Assembly: GCA_903873655.1 (NCBI GenBank)
Contig: CAIQPH010000279.1
Coordinates: forward strand, 1,321-65,320
Source: an uncultured Holophagaceae bacterium
Lineage (GTDB): Bacteria > Acidobacteriota > Holophagae > Holophagales > Holophagaceae
Reading direction: 5' to 3'
Length of the DNA: 64,000 nt
The translations under genes and the position numbers were made by a program. Below, piece by piece: positions 21,424 to 30,895 of the stretch (positions within the stretch are counted from its first letter, which is position 1; every line of letters begins with the position of its first letter). The notes under the pieces were generated by a model. It did no database searches. It was given only the letters and a program-made list of their open reading frames with translations, and had not been told where the DNA came from.

Positions 21424-22206
21424 TTAGTGATTGAAGGGGCTGTCGTCTTTGACCTTGCCAAGCAGTCGCAATAGACCATCCAGGATGGTCAGCGGGTGGG
21501 GCGGGCAGCCGGGGATGTAGAGGTCCACGGGGAGCACGCTGGCCGCGCCCCCGAGTTGCTCCGTCTGGCGGCAGTAGGGTCCGCCCTGGATGGCGCAGGC
21601 TCCCACGGCGATGACGATTTTCGGATGGGGTACCGCATCGTAGGTCTTGCGCAGGGCCAGTTCCATGTTGCGGGTGACCGGTCCGGTAATGAGCAGGCCG
21701 TCCGCATGACGCGGCGACGCCACATACTGGATTCCAAACCGGCCCAGGTCCCAGGCGAGGGTACCGAGCACGTTCACCTCCACTTCGCAGCCGTTGCATC
21801 CTCCGGCGCTCACGACGCGCAGTTTCAGGGAACGGCCCAACACCCGCATGAGTTCGGTTCCCATGGCCTGGGCCCGCCGATGGTCTTCCCCCGGAGCGAG
21901 GATCAGGTCCTCGGGAGTGCTGGTGGCGAGCCGGTGATCCTGGGTGTAGTGAATGGCGCCTTCGGGGCAGACTTCGCTGCAATCCGGGCAGAACAGGCAA
22001 CGGCCGAGGTTCACCTGGGGGCCTGCGGGACCCAGCTGGATGGCTTCGGTGGGGCAGGCTTCGGCGCAGGCGTGGCAAGCCTCCGGGCACTTCTCCGCCA
22101 GGATCATCGGCAGGCCCCGGAAACGCTCCGGCAGCCCGGGCACCTCCTTGGGATAGGGGAGGGTGCGGTGGCCCTGGCGCCAACGGGACAGGAGGATGTG
22201 GATCAT
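21424..22206 (-). CDS. Ehr small subunit: 2x[4Fe-4S] ferredoxin fused to a NuoB/HycG-like domain
   Basis: [34 protein letters not shown] and PGCPP motifs. Confidence 0.88.
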   Translation of the reverse strand: MIHILLSRWRQGHRTLPYPKEVPGLPERFRGLPMILAEKCPEACHACAEACPTEAIQLGPAGPQVNLGRCLFCPDCSEVCPEGAIHYTQDHRLATSTPEDLILAPGEDHRRAQAMGTELMRVLGRSLKLRVVSAGGCNGCEVEVNVLGTLAWDLGRFGIQYVASPRHADGLLITGPVTRNMELALRKTYDAVPHPKIVIAVGACAIQGGPYCRQTEQLGGAASVLPVDLYIPGCPPHPLTILDGLLRLLGKVKDDSPFNH

Positions 22207-22213
22207 GGGAGGC

Positions 22214-23731
22214 TCATAAATCGTGGCCGCAATAGGAGAGGTTGAAACTCTTGTTGCACAGCGGAAAATCGGAGATCTGCTCGCCCCGCAGGGCCAAGGC
22301 CAAGCCGTACCAGTTGTGGAAGGAGGGATCGACGATCTTGTAGCGGGCAAAGCGTCCACGGCCATCAGTCAGGGCCAGATGCAGCACCTCGCCGCGCCAC
22401 CCTTCCGTCATCGAAACGCAAAGGCTGTCGGCCGCGAGGGGCGGGAGCGGTCCCGATCTGGGATCAGGCTCGGACCCCGCCAAGTCGCTCAATGATTCCG
22501 CAAGAAAGCGCTGGCTTTCCATCAATTCCAGCCAGCGGACCCAGGCCCGGGAGTGGACGTTCCCGCTCTCCGCGAGCGATGCCTGGATCGGATTCGTTTG
22601 ATAGGGACCAAAGGGATGGTCCTTGCGGACATCGAGGTCGAGGCCGCAGGCGCGGGCCGGAATGCCGACCAGCCCGATCTCCCGGGCCTGCGTGGGCTCG
22701 AGCCGACCCGCCACTTCGAAACGAGTCATGACCGAGGTGGCTCCCCACATCAGTTCCACCGCATTCTGGGTGTCCGCCCAGGATTGAATCAGGCGAGGCA
22801 GCAGGCCGGTGGCCATCGCTTGGTCCAGATCCTGGTACAGGCCCCCGGGCCGCAGCCAGCCTCGACCCAGGCGGCTGCCGCAGACCTCGGCACTGAAATT
22901 GAGCCAGTCGCCACGGAGGCGGCCGCAGAAAGAAGCCGTGGGCAGGAACCCCACGTCCCCGGAGAGTGCGCCGAGATCCCCGACATGGTTGGCCATGCGC
23001 TCCAGTTCCAGGGCCACGCCCCGCACCCGATCGGTTCGGGCAGGCACCTCGACGTCAGCCAGGGCCTCGAGGAGTCGGCAGTAGGCCCAGCCGTGCGCGA
23101 TGCTGCTGTCGCCCGAGGCCGTCTCCGCCTGCTTGAGGCTGAGCGCGTGGGGGCCGCCCAGCAGGGCCCGCTCGATGCCGCGATGCTGGAAGCCGAGGGC
23201 GATCTCCAGGTGGAAGACCGTCTCCCCGTGGCACTGGAAGCGGAAGTGGCCCGGCTCGATGACACCGGCGTGGACCGGACCCACGGCCACCTCGTGCACT
23301 TCCTCCCCGCTCACCTTGAAGAAGTCGGTGACCGCCGGCAGAGAATCCTCAGTCCGCCCCCAGGGACTGGGCTGATCAGACCATGGCTGGTGGTAGCGGA
23401 CAGGCTTGAACCAGGGATGGCCCTCCGGAATGATCCCGAACTGCTCGGCGATTTCACGCTCGAACAGATGCGCCTGCGGGCATTCCGGTGTGAGGGCCTG
23501 ATAGCGCGGCCGGGCGAGCCGGGTCGAGGCGACCCGCAATTGCTTCGAAGCATCCTCCGCGAGGACTGCGAAGAGGCGGAGCTCCGACGTGGCGCACAGG
23601 CAGGCGAGCCGGGCACCCCCACGGGTGCCTTCGAAGATGGCCTCCCGGAAGGATGCGAGGTTCAGTTCTGGCACATCCCGCAGGGGAATCGCCTGTCCGT
23701 TCAGCAGGGTGCGCATGGCCTCCTCACTCAT
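22214..23731 (-). CDS. Ehr large subunit (HycE/HyfG/NuoCD-like, no NiFe ligands)
   Basis: GPVHAGVIEPGHFRF; ETASGDSSIAH in place of RxCGxC; C-terminal DFPLCNKSFNLSYCGHDL. Confidence 0.88.
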   Translation of the reverse strand: MSEEAMRTLLNGQAIPLRDVPELNLASFREAIFEGTRGGARLACLCATSELRLFAVLAEDASKQLRVASTRLARPRYQALTPECPQAHLFEREIAEQFGIIPEGHPWFKPVRYHQPWSDQPSPWGRTEDSLPAVTDFFKVSGEEVHEVAVGPVHAGVIEPGHFRFQCHGETVFHLEIALGFQHRGIERALLGGPHALSLKQAETASGDSSIAHGWAYCRLLEALADVEVPARTDRVRGVALELERMANHVGDLGALSGDVGFLPTASFCGRLRGDWLNFSAEVCGSRLGRGWLRPGGLYQDLDQAMATGLLPRLIQSWADTQNAVELMWGATSVMTRFEVAGRLEPTQAREIGLVGIPARACGLDLDVRKDHPFGPYQTNPIQASLAESGNVHSRAWVRWLELMESQRFLAESLSDLAGSEPDPRSGPLPPLAADSLCVSMTEGWRGEVLHLALTDGRGRFARYKIVDPSFHNWYGLALALRGEQISDFPLCNKSFNLSYCGHDL

Positions 23732-25223
23732 GGTGGGTCTCCACCGTCAGGATGGGACTGGCGTGGGGCACTGGGGATCCCTTCCCTGGCGGCAGCGAGC
23801 CGTTCACCAGGAGCGCCGCTTGATCCAGCAGGGTGTGCATGGGCTTCGGCAGCCACATGCCCAGCAGGCCCGCCAGACCGAGGGCCACGATCAGGGGCGC
23901 CGTAGTGGCGACCGTATCGGAATAGGGCGTCCGGACCCGCTGGTGGCTGGGCGTGCCAAAGACCACTTGCAGCACGGTCTCGCTCATGGCGATGAAGATC
24001 CCGGCGAGCAGCACCAGGAAGGCCGCCCCGGCCAGCGCGTGCCCGCTGGTCAACGCCCCCGCTGCGATGTTGAACTCGCTGATGAAGGGGGCGAAGGGCG
24101 GCAGGCCGGTGATGGCCAGGAAGCCGAGGAGGAAGAGCCAACCGGACACCGGGGTGCGCCGGATGGCGCCCGTAACGTGGGGGAGCGTCTTGCTGGAATA
24201 GCTGCGGTGGATGTTCCCCGCTGAGAGGAACAGGACACTCTTCACCAGCGCGTTGGCGGCCAGATGGAAGAGGGCGAACCGGGCCGCAGTGCCCCCGATA
24301 CCGATGCCGAAGACCAGGATGCCCATGTGCTCTACGCTGGAATAGGCGAGCATCCGCTTGAAGTCCAGCTGGCGGACCAGGAACACCATGGCCCACACCA
24401 TGGAGAGGATCCCGAAGCCCACCAGGAGCTCCCGCGCGAACCGGCCCTCCCCGGCTGCGACCACGACCCCGTAGATCCTGAGCAGGGCCAGGAAGGCGCA
24501 GCTGGTGACTCCGCCCGCCAGGAGAGCCCCCACAATGCCCGGCGTCTCGCCATAGGCATCAGGTTTCCAGGTGTGCAGCGGCGCCAGGCCCATCTTGGTG
24601 CCATAGCCGACCAGGCAGAGCACGAAGGCGGCCCGCAACCAGGGGCGGGAGAGCATGTCCGCATGCTCCATCAGCCGGGTGTAGTGCAGCGGCTCCTCCA
24701 GCCCTCCGAAGTGGGCGGCATAGGCGAGGAAGAGGGTGCCGAGCAGGGCCAAGGCGATGCCCACGGAGCCGATGAGCAGGTACTTCCAGGTGGCCTCAAG
24801 GGAGCGCCGGTTGCGGTTGAAGTAGATCAGCGGGGCTGTCACCAGCGTGGTCGTCTCCATGGCCACCCAGGCCACCCCGGGATGCCGCGCCTGGGCCAGC
24901 AGCGAGGCCAGCCCCAGGAAGGCCAGGAGGCTCACGCAGAAGATGCGGCTGTCCCGGTCGACCCGCAGGACGAGGTAGGACGGCGCATAGAAGGCGCAGA
25001 TGCAGAACAGGGTGCTGATCACGAGCAGCACCCAAGCGCCCAGCGCATCGAGCCCCAGCCACGCATTGACGGGAAGGGAGTCCCAGTGGCGCAACGCCAC
25101 CATAAGGAGCAGCAGGTGCAGGGTCCCGGCCGCGGGGAGCATGCGCGCCCGGAGCGTCGACGAATCCACCAGGTAGGCCACCAAGGCCGCCAGGAGAGGG
25201 AATGCGATCAGCAGCAGGGCCAT
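23724..25223 (-). CDS. HyfF-like proton-conducting membrane subunit
   Basis: EATWKY, GYGTKMGLAPLHTW and KRMLAYSSVEHMG motifs. Confidence 0.88.
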   Translation of the reverse strand: MALLLIAFPLLAALVAYLVDSSTLRARMLPAAGTLHLLLLMVALRHWDSLPVNAWLGLDALGAWVLLVISTLFCICAFYAPSYLVLRVDRDSRIFCVSLLAFLGLASLLAQARHPGVAWVAMETTTLVTAPLIYFNRNRRSLEATWKYLLIGSVGIALALLGTLFLAYAAHFGGLEEPLHYTRLMEHADMLSRPWLRAAFVLCLVGYGTKMGLAPLHTWKPDAYGETPGIVGALLAGGVTSCAFLALLRIYGVVVAAGEGRFARELLVGFGILSMVWAMVFLVRQLDFKRMLAYSSVEHMGILVFGIGIGGTAARFALFHLAANALVKSVLFLSAGNIHRSYSSKTLPHVTGAIRRTPVSGWLFLLGFLAITGLPPFAPFISEFNIAAGALTSGHALAGAAFLVLLAGIFIAMSETVLQVVFGTPSHQRVRTPYSDTVATTAPLIVALGLAGLLGMWLPKPMHTLLDQAALLVNGSLPPGKGSPVPHASPILTVETHHE

Positions 25224-25226
25224 GGG

Positions 25227-25862
25227 TCAGTCCTTCAACTCGGCCAGATGGCGTGTGTCGGTGGAGTCGAAAGCGGTGCGGATGTGGTTGATCACGATGC
25301 CCATCACGAAGACCCCGACGAACAGGTCGAGCAGGATCCCCGTCTCCACCAGCATCGGCATGTCCTCCACAAGCAGCAGGCCGAACAGGTAGATGCCGTT
25401 CTCGAGGATGAGGTAACCCACCACCTGAGTGAGGGCCTTCCGGCGCGATACCAGCATCAGGAACCCGGTGAAAAGGGTGGCGAGCGCGGCGGGGACCAGC
25501 AGGATCACCTGGGTGCCGCCCTTGAGCGGAAGCACGTGGGCCAGGATCAGGCTCAAGCCCGTACCCAGCGCGCACAGCATCAGGGAGACCGTGTAGCCGA
25601 TGTAGGGATCCACCTCCCGATGGATTTGAACCTCCTTGATCGCCCGCCGCAACAGGAAGGGGATGAGCCAGCCCTTCACCGTGATCGCGGCGGCGACCAT
25701 GAACAGGATGTGAGGATGCCTGCCGAGGCCCATGGCCAGGGGAATGAGACCCAGCAGGACCCCCTGGATCACGGCGATCTGGATGGCCTTGTTTACACGA
25801 CTGGTGGCCACGAGCGTGAAGTTGCTGAGGAGGATCAGGGCGATGAGGAAATCGGGTGACAT
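25227..25862 (-). CDS. HyfE-like membrane subunit
   Basis: QVVGYLILENGI and VETGILLD motifs. Confidence 0.85.
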   Translation of the reverse strand: MSPDFLIALILLSNFTLVATSRVNKAIQIAVIQGVLLGLIPLAMGLGRHPHILFMVAAAITVKGWLIPFLLRRAIKEVQIHREVDPYIGYTVSLMLCALGTGLSLILAHVLPLKGGTQVILLVPAALATLFTGFLMLVSRRKALTQVVGYLILENGIYLFGLLLVEDMPMLVETGILLDLFVGVFVMGIVINHIRTAFDSTDTRHLAELKD

Positions 25863-25870
25863 GACGACCC

Positions 25871-26797
25871 CTAGACGAGAAGCAGCAGGAACGCGAAGGC
25901 TGAGGCCAGGATCCCGGCGATGAGGAACTGGGGCACCTTGGTCATCCGGAACCGGGCGGTCATGCTCTCCACGAGCCCCACCGCCACGGCGAGCACACCC
26001 AGCCCCACCCAGAAACCGAGCCAGTTCTGCCAGGCCTGTGGGGCACGGGGCAGGAGCGGATCCAGCAGCAGGGCGCCGAGCACCAGGAGCTTGAGGCTGG
26101 CGCCGTAGAGCACCAGCGCCAAGGGCCGGCCCGAGTGATCCAGCACCATGACTTCATGGATCATGGTGAGTTCCAGGTGCGTATTGGGATCATCCACTGG
26201 AATCCGGGCGTTTTCGGTCAGAAACACGATGGCCCAGCCGACCAGCACCAGGATCAGGGGTCCGGCGATCCGACCTGATCCCACTCCGGCGCCCAGGAGC
26301 ATGGTGGACAGCGAGAGGCTGGAAGACGCCTTGGCCAGCGCCGCGAAACCCAGGAAGAGCGCGGGTTCCGCCAGGGCGGAGAAGGCAACTTCCCGGGCCG
26401 CCCCCATGCCCTCGAAGCTGGAACCGGTATCGAGGGCGGAAAGCACGGTGAGGAATCGCGCCAGCCCGAAGAGGTAGGCGAAGAGGATGACATCTCCCTC
26501 GAAAGCCAGTGGTGTCCCCGTATGCCCAAAGGGCACCATGAGCCCCGCCACCAGCCCGGCCGCCACGGTGCCGATGGGACCCGCGAGGAAGACCCAGGTG
26601 GTGGTCCGGCTGAACACCGCCCGCTTGCGAGCCAGCTTCGCCAGGTCGTAGTAGAGCTGGAACACGGGAGGGCCGCTTCGTCCGGCCAGGACCGCTTTCA
26701 CCTTGTTGATCAGTCCCGGAATCAGGGGCGGGAGCAACAGCAGCGTGAGCAGGTGGAGCACCCACTGGATCGTAAGGGAAAGCAAGGACTGGGACAT
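25871..26797 (-). CDS. HyfC/NuoH-like membrane subunit
   Basis: DTGSSFEGMGAARE and RIPVDDPNTHLELTMIHE motifs. Confidence 0.88.
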   Translation of the reverse strand: MSQSLLSLTIQWVLHLLTLLLLPPLIPGLINKVKAVLAGRSGPPVFQLYYDLAKLARKRAVFSRTTTWVFLAGPIGTVAAGLVAGLMVPFGHTGTPLAFEGDVILFAYLFGLARFLTVLSALDTGSSFEGMGAAREVAFSALAEPALFLGFAALAKASSSLSLSTMLLGAGVGSGRIAGPLILVLVGWAIVFLTENARIPVDDPNTHLELTMIHEVMVLDHSGRPLALVLYGASLKLLVLGALLLDPLLPRAPQAWQNWLGFWVGLGVLAVAVGLVESMTARFRMTKVPQFLIAGILASAFAFLLLLV

Positions 26798-26798
26798 C

Positions 26799-28739
26799 TC
26801 AGGCCACCATCCAGAGCAGGAGAGCAAGCAGGGTGAGCAGAACATAGAGGAGGTAGATGTGAAGCTGCCCGCTCTGCAGGAAGCGCAGCAGAGAGGCGCC
26901 CAAAGAAAGGGTGCGGAAAACCGGGTCCGCCAGCCGGTCCAGCACAGGGTCCGGAACATGGCTTTCGAAGGGGCGGTCGACGGGGAAGTTCCCTGCGACC
27001 TTTCCTCCGAGCGACCTCGGCCAGAGCACCCAGTCCAGGCCGGCGACGAGACCGTCCGCGAAGGAGGAGGCCGTGTACTGCATGCGGGGGTTCGAGGCGG
27101 CATACCCGCAATCCCAGGTGGGGAGGGTGCCCCCCTGCTCCACGGGCTTGAGCCATCGCCACAGCAACCATGCCACTCCCACCATCAACAAGGCCAGGAT
27201 CGTGAGACCGGGCAGGTTGACGAGCAGGGACAGTTGCGGCCCGCCAGCACTTTCTCCCAAGGTGGCCACCGCCCGGTCCAGGGCGGGTGCCACCAGCATC
27301 GGCGCCAAACCGATGATCGCGCAGACCGCGGCCAGGATGCCCATGGGCACCAGCATGCTGCGCGGCGATTCGTGAGCGGTTCCAGCCGCTTCCGTGCGGG
27401 GGGAGCCCAGGAAGACCGCGCCGTAGGCCTTGGCGAAACAGGCCATGGCAAGCGCCCCGATGAGGGCGAGCGCCGTCAGGACGACCAGGGACCAGGGCCA
27501 GCGGAAGAAGCCCAGGGCTCGGAACGCCCCGAGGTAGATGAACCATTCGCTGACGAATCCGTTGAGGGGCGGCAACCCTGAGATGGCCCAGGAGCCTGTC
27601 AGGAACGCGGCGGAGGTCCAAGGCATGCGCCGCCCCAGCCCACCCATCCGTTCCAGATTCCGGGTACCCACCGCATGGACGACCGACCCGGCCGCGAGGA
27701 AGAGCAGCCCCTTGAAGAGGCTGTGATTGAGCACATGCAGCAAGGCGCCGGCGAAACCCAGGACCTGGAGCACGGGATGGCCGGTGCTCTTGCCGAGGGT
27801 ACCGAGACCCAGGCCCAGCAGGATGATCCCGATGTTCTCGATGGAGTGGTAGGCCAGCAGGCGCTTGAGGTCATGCTGGCCGAGGGCGAAGGCGACGCCG
27901 AGAATGCCCGAGAGCGCACCTAGCCCCATGAGGACGGCCCCCCACCAGAACGGGGGATCCGGGATCCAGGACAGCAGGCGCACCAGGCCCAGGATGCCCA
28001 TCTTGATCATCACGCCGGACATCATGGCGGAGACATGGCTGGGCGCGGCCGCGTGGGTGGAGGGCAGCCAGAGATGGAGGGGCATGACGCCGGCCTTCAA
28101 CCCGAATCCGAACAGGCACAGGACGAAGAGCATGGTGCCCTGACTGGTGGCCGCGAAGCCCCGGGGGAGCCCCGAGAGGACCCAATGCCCCGACGCCGAG
28201 TAAAGAATCGCGAAAGCGCCGAACAGGGCCAGCGTCCCGGTATGGGTGCATACCAGGTAGATCCACCCGGCCCGCCGGGCCTCAGGCAGACGATCCTCGG
28301 TCATCACCAGGACGAAGGCCGAGAGCGCCATCCCCTCCCAGCCGAGCAGGAAGGGCAGCGCATGGGTGGAGACCACCAGGAAGGCGAGGGAGCCTGCTAG
28401 CAGGCCCAGCACCAGCCGCAAGGTGCGGGCGTTCTCCTGATGGTCGTCCCAGTAACTGATGCCATAGCTCGCGGCGCAGGCGGACAGGAGGAACACAGGA
28501 ATCGCGAAACAGGCAGCGATGGGGTCGAGCGTGAGCAGCCCGGCTGTGGCCAATGGAGCGGCCGGAAGGACCAGGGTCGCCACAGGCCCGCCGGCCAGCA
28601 CCCGGATGGCTGCGGTCAGGCCGAGCACAGCCCCCAGGCCCATCAGAGCGGCCGCCACGTCCCCGCCGCGGCGCCGAAGGAAGAGCCCCGGGACGCCGGA
28701 GCCCATCACGAGCAGGATCGCCAGGAAGTAGAGCCTCAT
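26799..28739 (-). CDS. HyfB-like antiporter subunit (copy 2)
   Basis: PLHLWLPSTHAAAPSHVSA, KRLLAYHSIENIG and PTWDCGY motifs. Confidence 0.88.
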   Translation of the reverse strand: MRLYFLAILLVMGSGVPGLFLRRRGGDVAAALMGLGAVLGLTAAIRVLAGGPVATLVLPAAPLATAGLLTLDPIAACFAIPVFLLSACAASYGISYWDDHQENARTLRLVLGLLAGSLAFLVVSTHALPFLLGWEGMALSAFVLVMTEDRLPEARRAGWIYLVCTHTGTLALFGAFAILYSASGHWVLSGLPRGFAATSQGTMLFVLCLFGFGLKAGVMPLHLWLPSTHAAAPSHVSAMMSGVMIKMGILGLVRLLSWIPDPPFWWGAVLMGLGALSGILGVAFALGQHDLKRLLAYHSIENIGIILLGLGLGTLGKSTGHPVLQVLGFAGALLHVLNHSLFKGLLFLAAGSVVHAVGTRNLERMGGLGRRMPWTSAAFLTGSWAISGLPPLNGFVSEWFIYLGAFRALGFFRWPWSLVVLTALALIGALAMACFAKAYGAVFLGSPRTEAAGTAHESPRSMLVPMGILAAVCAIIGLAPMLVAPALDRAVATLGESAGGPQLSLLVNLPGLTILALLMVGVAWLLWRWLKPVEQGGTLPTWDCGYAASNPRMQYTASSFADGLVAGLDWVLWPRSLGGKVAGNFPVDRPFESHVPDPVLDRLADPVFRTLSLGASLLRFLQSGQLHIYLLYVLLTLLALLLWMVA

Positions 28740-30706
28740 CCCAGCAGCCTCCCCCGCAGAAACATCCAAAGGAACGCCCCCAGCAGAGCCAACAGCACGT
28801 AGAGGATGTAGATGGACAGGTAGCCCGGCTGCAGCCCCCGGAAGCGCAGCAGGCGGACGGCGAGCCGCTCCATGCGGGGCCCCAGGATCATCTCGCCGAC
28901 CACATCCCGGAACTCGGAGCGGAAGACGGCAGGATTAGGGAAGATCGCCGTGATCGGGCGGATTCGAGCCTTCAGACCCAGTTGCAGGGGAGCCCAGGCA
29001 TCCGAGAAGGAGGAGCCACTGTACTCGGCGCGGGGCACGGCAACCGCATAGCCGCAGTCCCAGGTCGGGGGACGGGGACCCTCACTCATCGGCGAGGAGC
29101 CCGACCGGCGCCACCAGAGGAAGGCCAAAAGGCCACACACCAACAGCAGGGCCTCGGCCCCGACCAGGAGGCGCATGTCCGCCCTCAGACCCAGGGCCAG
29201 CATGGCTGCGCTGCCCGGGGCGACCACGGCCACGACTCGGTCGAGGCAGGGCAGCAGCAGCACTCCGGCCAACCCGGTCCCCAGGCTCAGGCAGGCCAGT
29301 GCGGCCATGGGCAGCAGCATGGCCCGGGGCGGGTCATGGGCATGCTCGGCCACAGGGCTGCGCGGGGAACCCAGGAACAGGATGCCGTAGAATTTTGCGA
29401 AGGCGGCCGCCGCCAAGCCACCGGTGAAAGCCAAGGCCACGAGGGCCATGGCTGCGGACCAGGGATACCCACGCGTCAATGAGGAGAAGATGCCCCGGTA
29501 GAGGAACCACTCGCTGAGGAAGGCGTTGAAGGGCGGCAGGGCCGACACCGCCAGCACCGCGGGAAACATCAGCAGGGCGGTCCTGGGCATGCGGGAGGCG
29601 AGTCCACCCAGGGCCTCCATGTCCCGGGTCCCGGTGGCGTGCAGGATGGACCCGGCGCCGAAGAAGAGGAGGCTCTTGAAGATCGCGTGGTTCCAGACGT
29701 GGAAGATCGCGCCGCCGAAGCCCAGCGCCACCAGCCAGGGATCGTGATTGGCCCGGCCGGACAGCCCGAGCCCCACCCCCATGGCGATGATGCCCAGGTT
29801 CTCGATGCTGGAGTAGGCGAGCAATCGCTTGTAGTCTCTCTGCGCCAGCGCATTCCCCACGCCATAGACCGCCGATAGAGCACCCAGGGCCAGCAGCGCG
29901 GACCCGAACCCCCAGGGGATCGAAGGGAGCAGGGCGGAGACCCTTAGGATCCCGTAGATCCCCGTCTTCAGCATCACCGCGGAAAGGATGGCGGAGACAT
30001 GGCTGGGGGCACTGGCGTGGGCTGAGGGCAGCCAGAAATGGAGGGGCAGGAGTCCGGCCTTGAAGCTGAAGCCCGCGATGGCAAGGAGGAGGATCCAGGC
30101 GTCCAGACCCGGGGAGTTCCCTGCCGGTAGGGGCAGCCAGAGCAGTCCTCCATTGCGGTGCGCCAGCAGGATCACCATGGCGGTCAGCAGGGCGGTTCCG
30201 GTATGAGTGCTGACCAGGTAGACCCAGCTGGCGCGCCGGACCTCCGGGGTCTCATGGTCCGTGGCGATGAGCAGGAAGGCGGAGATGGCCATGAGTTCCC
30301 AGGCCAGGAGGAACAGCAGGCCATGCCTGGCCACGAAGAGCATGCTCATGGCCGCCACAAGCAGGCCGTACTGGAAGCGGAGCGATCGGCCCGCCCCCTT
30401 GGGGAGATTCAGGGGCCAGTAGGCTTTCCCATACACCACACCCAGGCCCGCCACCAAATGCAGGGGAAGCAGGAAGGCCGCCGACAAGCCGTCCATTTCA
30501 AGCCGGGCCGCGCCCCGCCAGAACGGGAATTCAAGCCGCGAGATGGCTCCGCTCGCAAGCACATGCACGGCACTGGCGGAAGCAAGGATGGAGCCGATGA
30601 TCCCCAGCCAGCGGCTCCACCGCTCATCGGAACGAGGATTCAAAGACAGAAGGGCAGCAGCGATCCAGCTACAGGCAGCTATGAGAATCAATGCCACATC
30701 GAGCAT
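28736..30706 (-). CDS. HyfB-like antiporter subunit (copy 1)
   Basis: PLHFWLPSAHASAPSHVSA, KRLLAYSSIENLG and PTWDCGY motifs. Start could be 30754. Confidence 0.88.
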   Translation of the reverse strand: MLDVALILIAACSWIAAALLSLNPRSDERWSRWLGIIGSILASASAVHVLASGAISRLEFPFWRGAARLEMDGLSAAFLLPLHLVAGLGVVYGKAYWPLNLPKGAGRSLRFQYGLLVAAMSMLFVARHGLLFLLAWELMAISAFLLIATDHETPEVRRASWVYLVSTHTGTALLTAMVILLAHRNGGLLWLPLPAGNSPGLDAWILLLAIAGFSFKAGLLPLHFWLPSAHASAPSHVSAILSAVMLKTGIYGILRVSALLPSIPWGFGSALLALGALSAVYGVGNALAQRDYKRLLAYSSIENLGIIAMGVGLGLSGRANHDPWLVALGFGGAIFHVWNHAIFKSLLFFGAGSILHATGTRDMEALGGLASRMPRTALLMFPAVLAVSALPPFNAFLSEWFLYRGIFSSLTRGYPWSAAMALVALAFTGGLAAAAFAKFYGILFLGSPRSPVAEHAHDPPRAMLLPMAALACLSLGTGLAGVLLLPCLDRVVAVVAPGSAAMLALGLRADMRLLVGAEALLLVCGLLAFLWWRRSGSSPMSEGPRPPTWDCGYAVAVPRAEYSGSSFSDAWAPLQLGLKARIRPITAIFPNPAVFRSEFRDVVGEMILGPRMERLAVRLLRFRGLQPGYLSIYILYVLLALLGAFLWMFLRGRLLG

Positions 30707-30831
30707 CTGCAACCAACCCCCCGGATCAGGAACCGCCCCCAGAGCCGAGGGCACGGCTCAGTGACCAACATGAATCGCGCAGGTTCGGGGAAGGCTCCAG
30801 AAGATGATACTTCATCCAGCGGAGACCCACG

Positions 30832-30895
30832 CTAGGAGCGTGTCCAAGTAATGGGTGGGGGCTGTGCACCTTCGATTACTCGGACACGCTCCTAG
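30832..30895. mobile_element. Minimal MITE-like element
   Basis: CTAGGAGCGTGTCCAAGTAAT ... ATTACTCGGACACGCTCCTAG; its end contains the TAG stop of the adjacent gene. Confidence 0.6.

Noticed and set aside
22214-23731. True [NiFe]-hydrogenase / formate hydrogenlyase, or Sec recoding
   Set aside because: No CxxC ligands, no in-frame TGA, and no maturation or fdh genes in the window.
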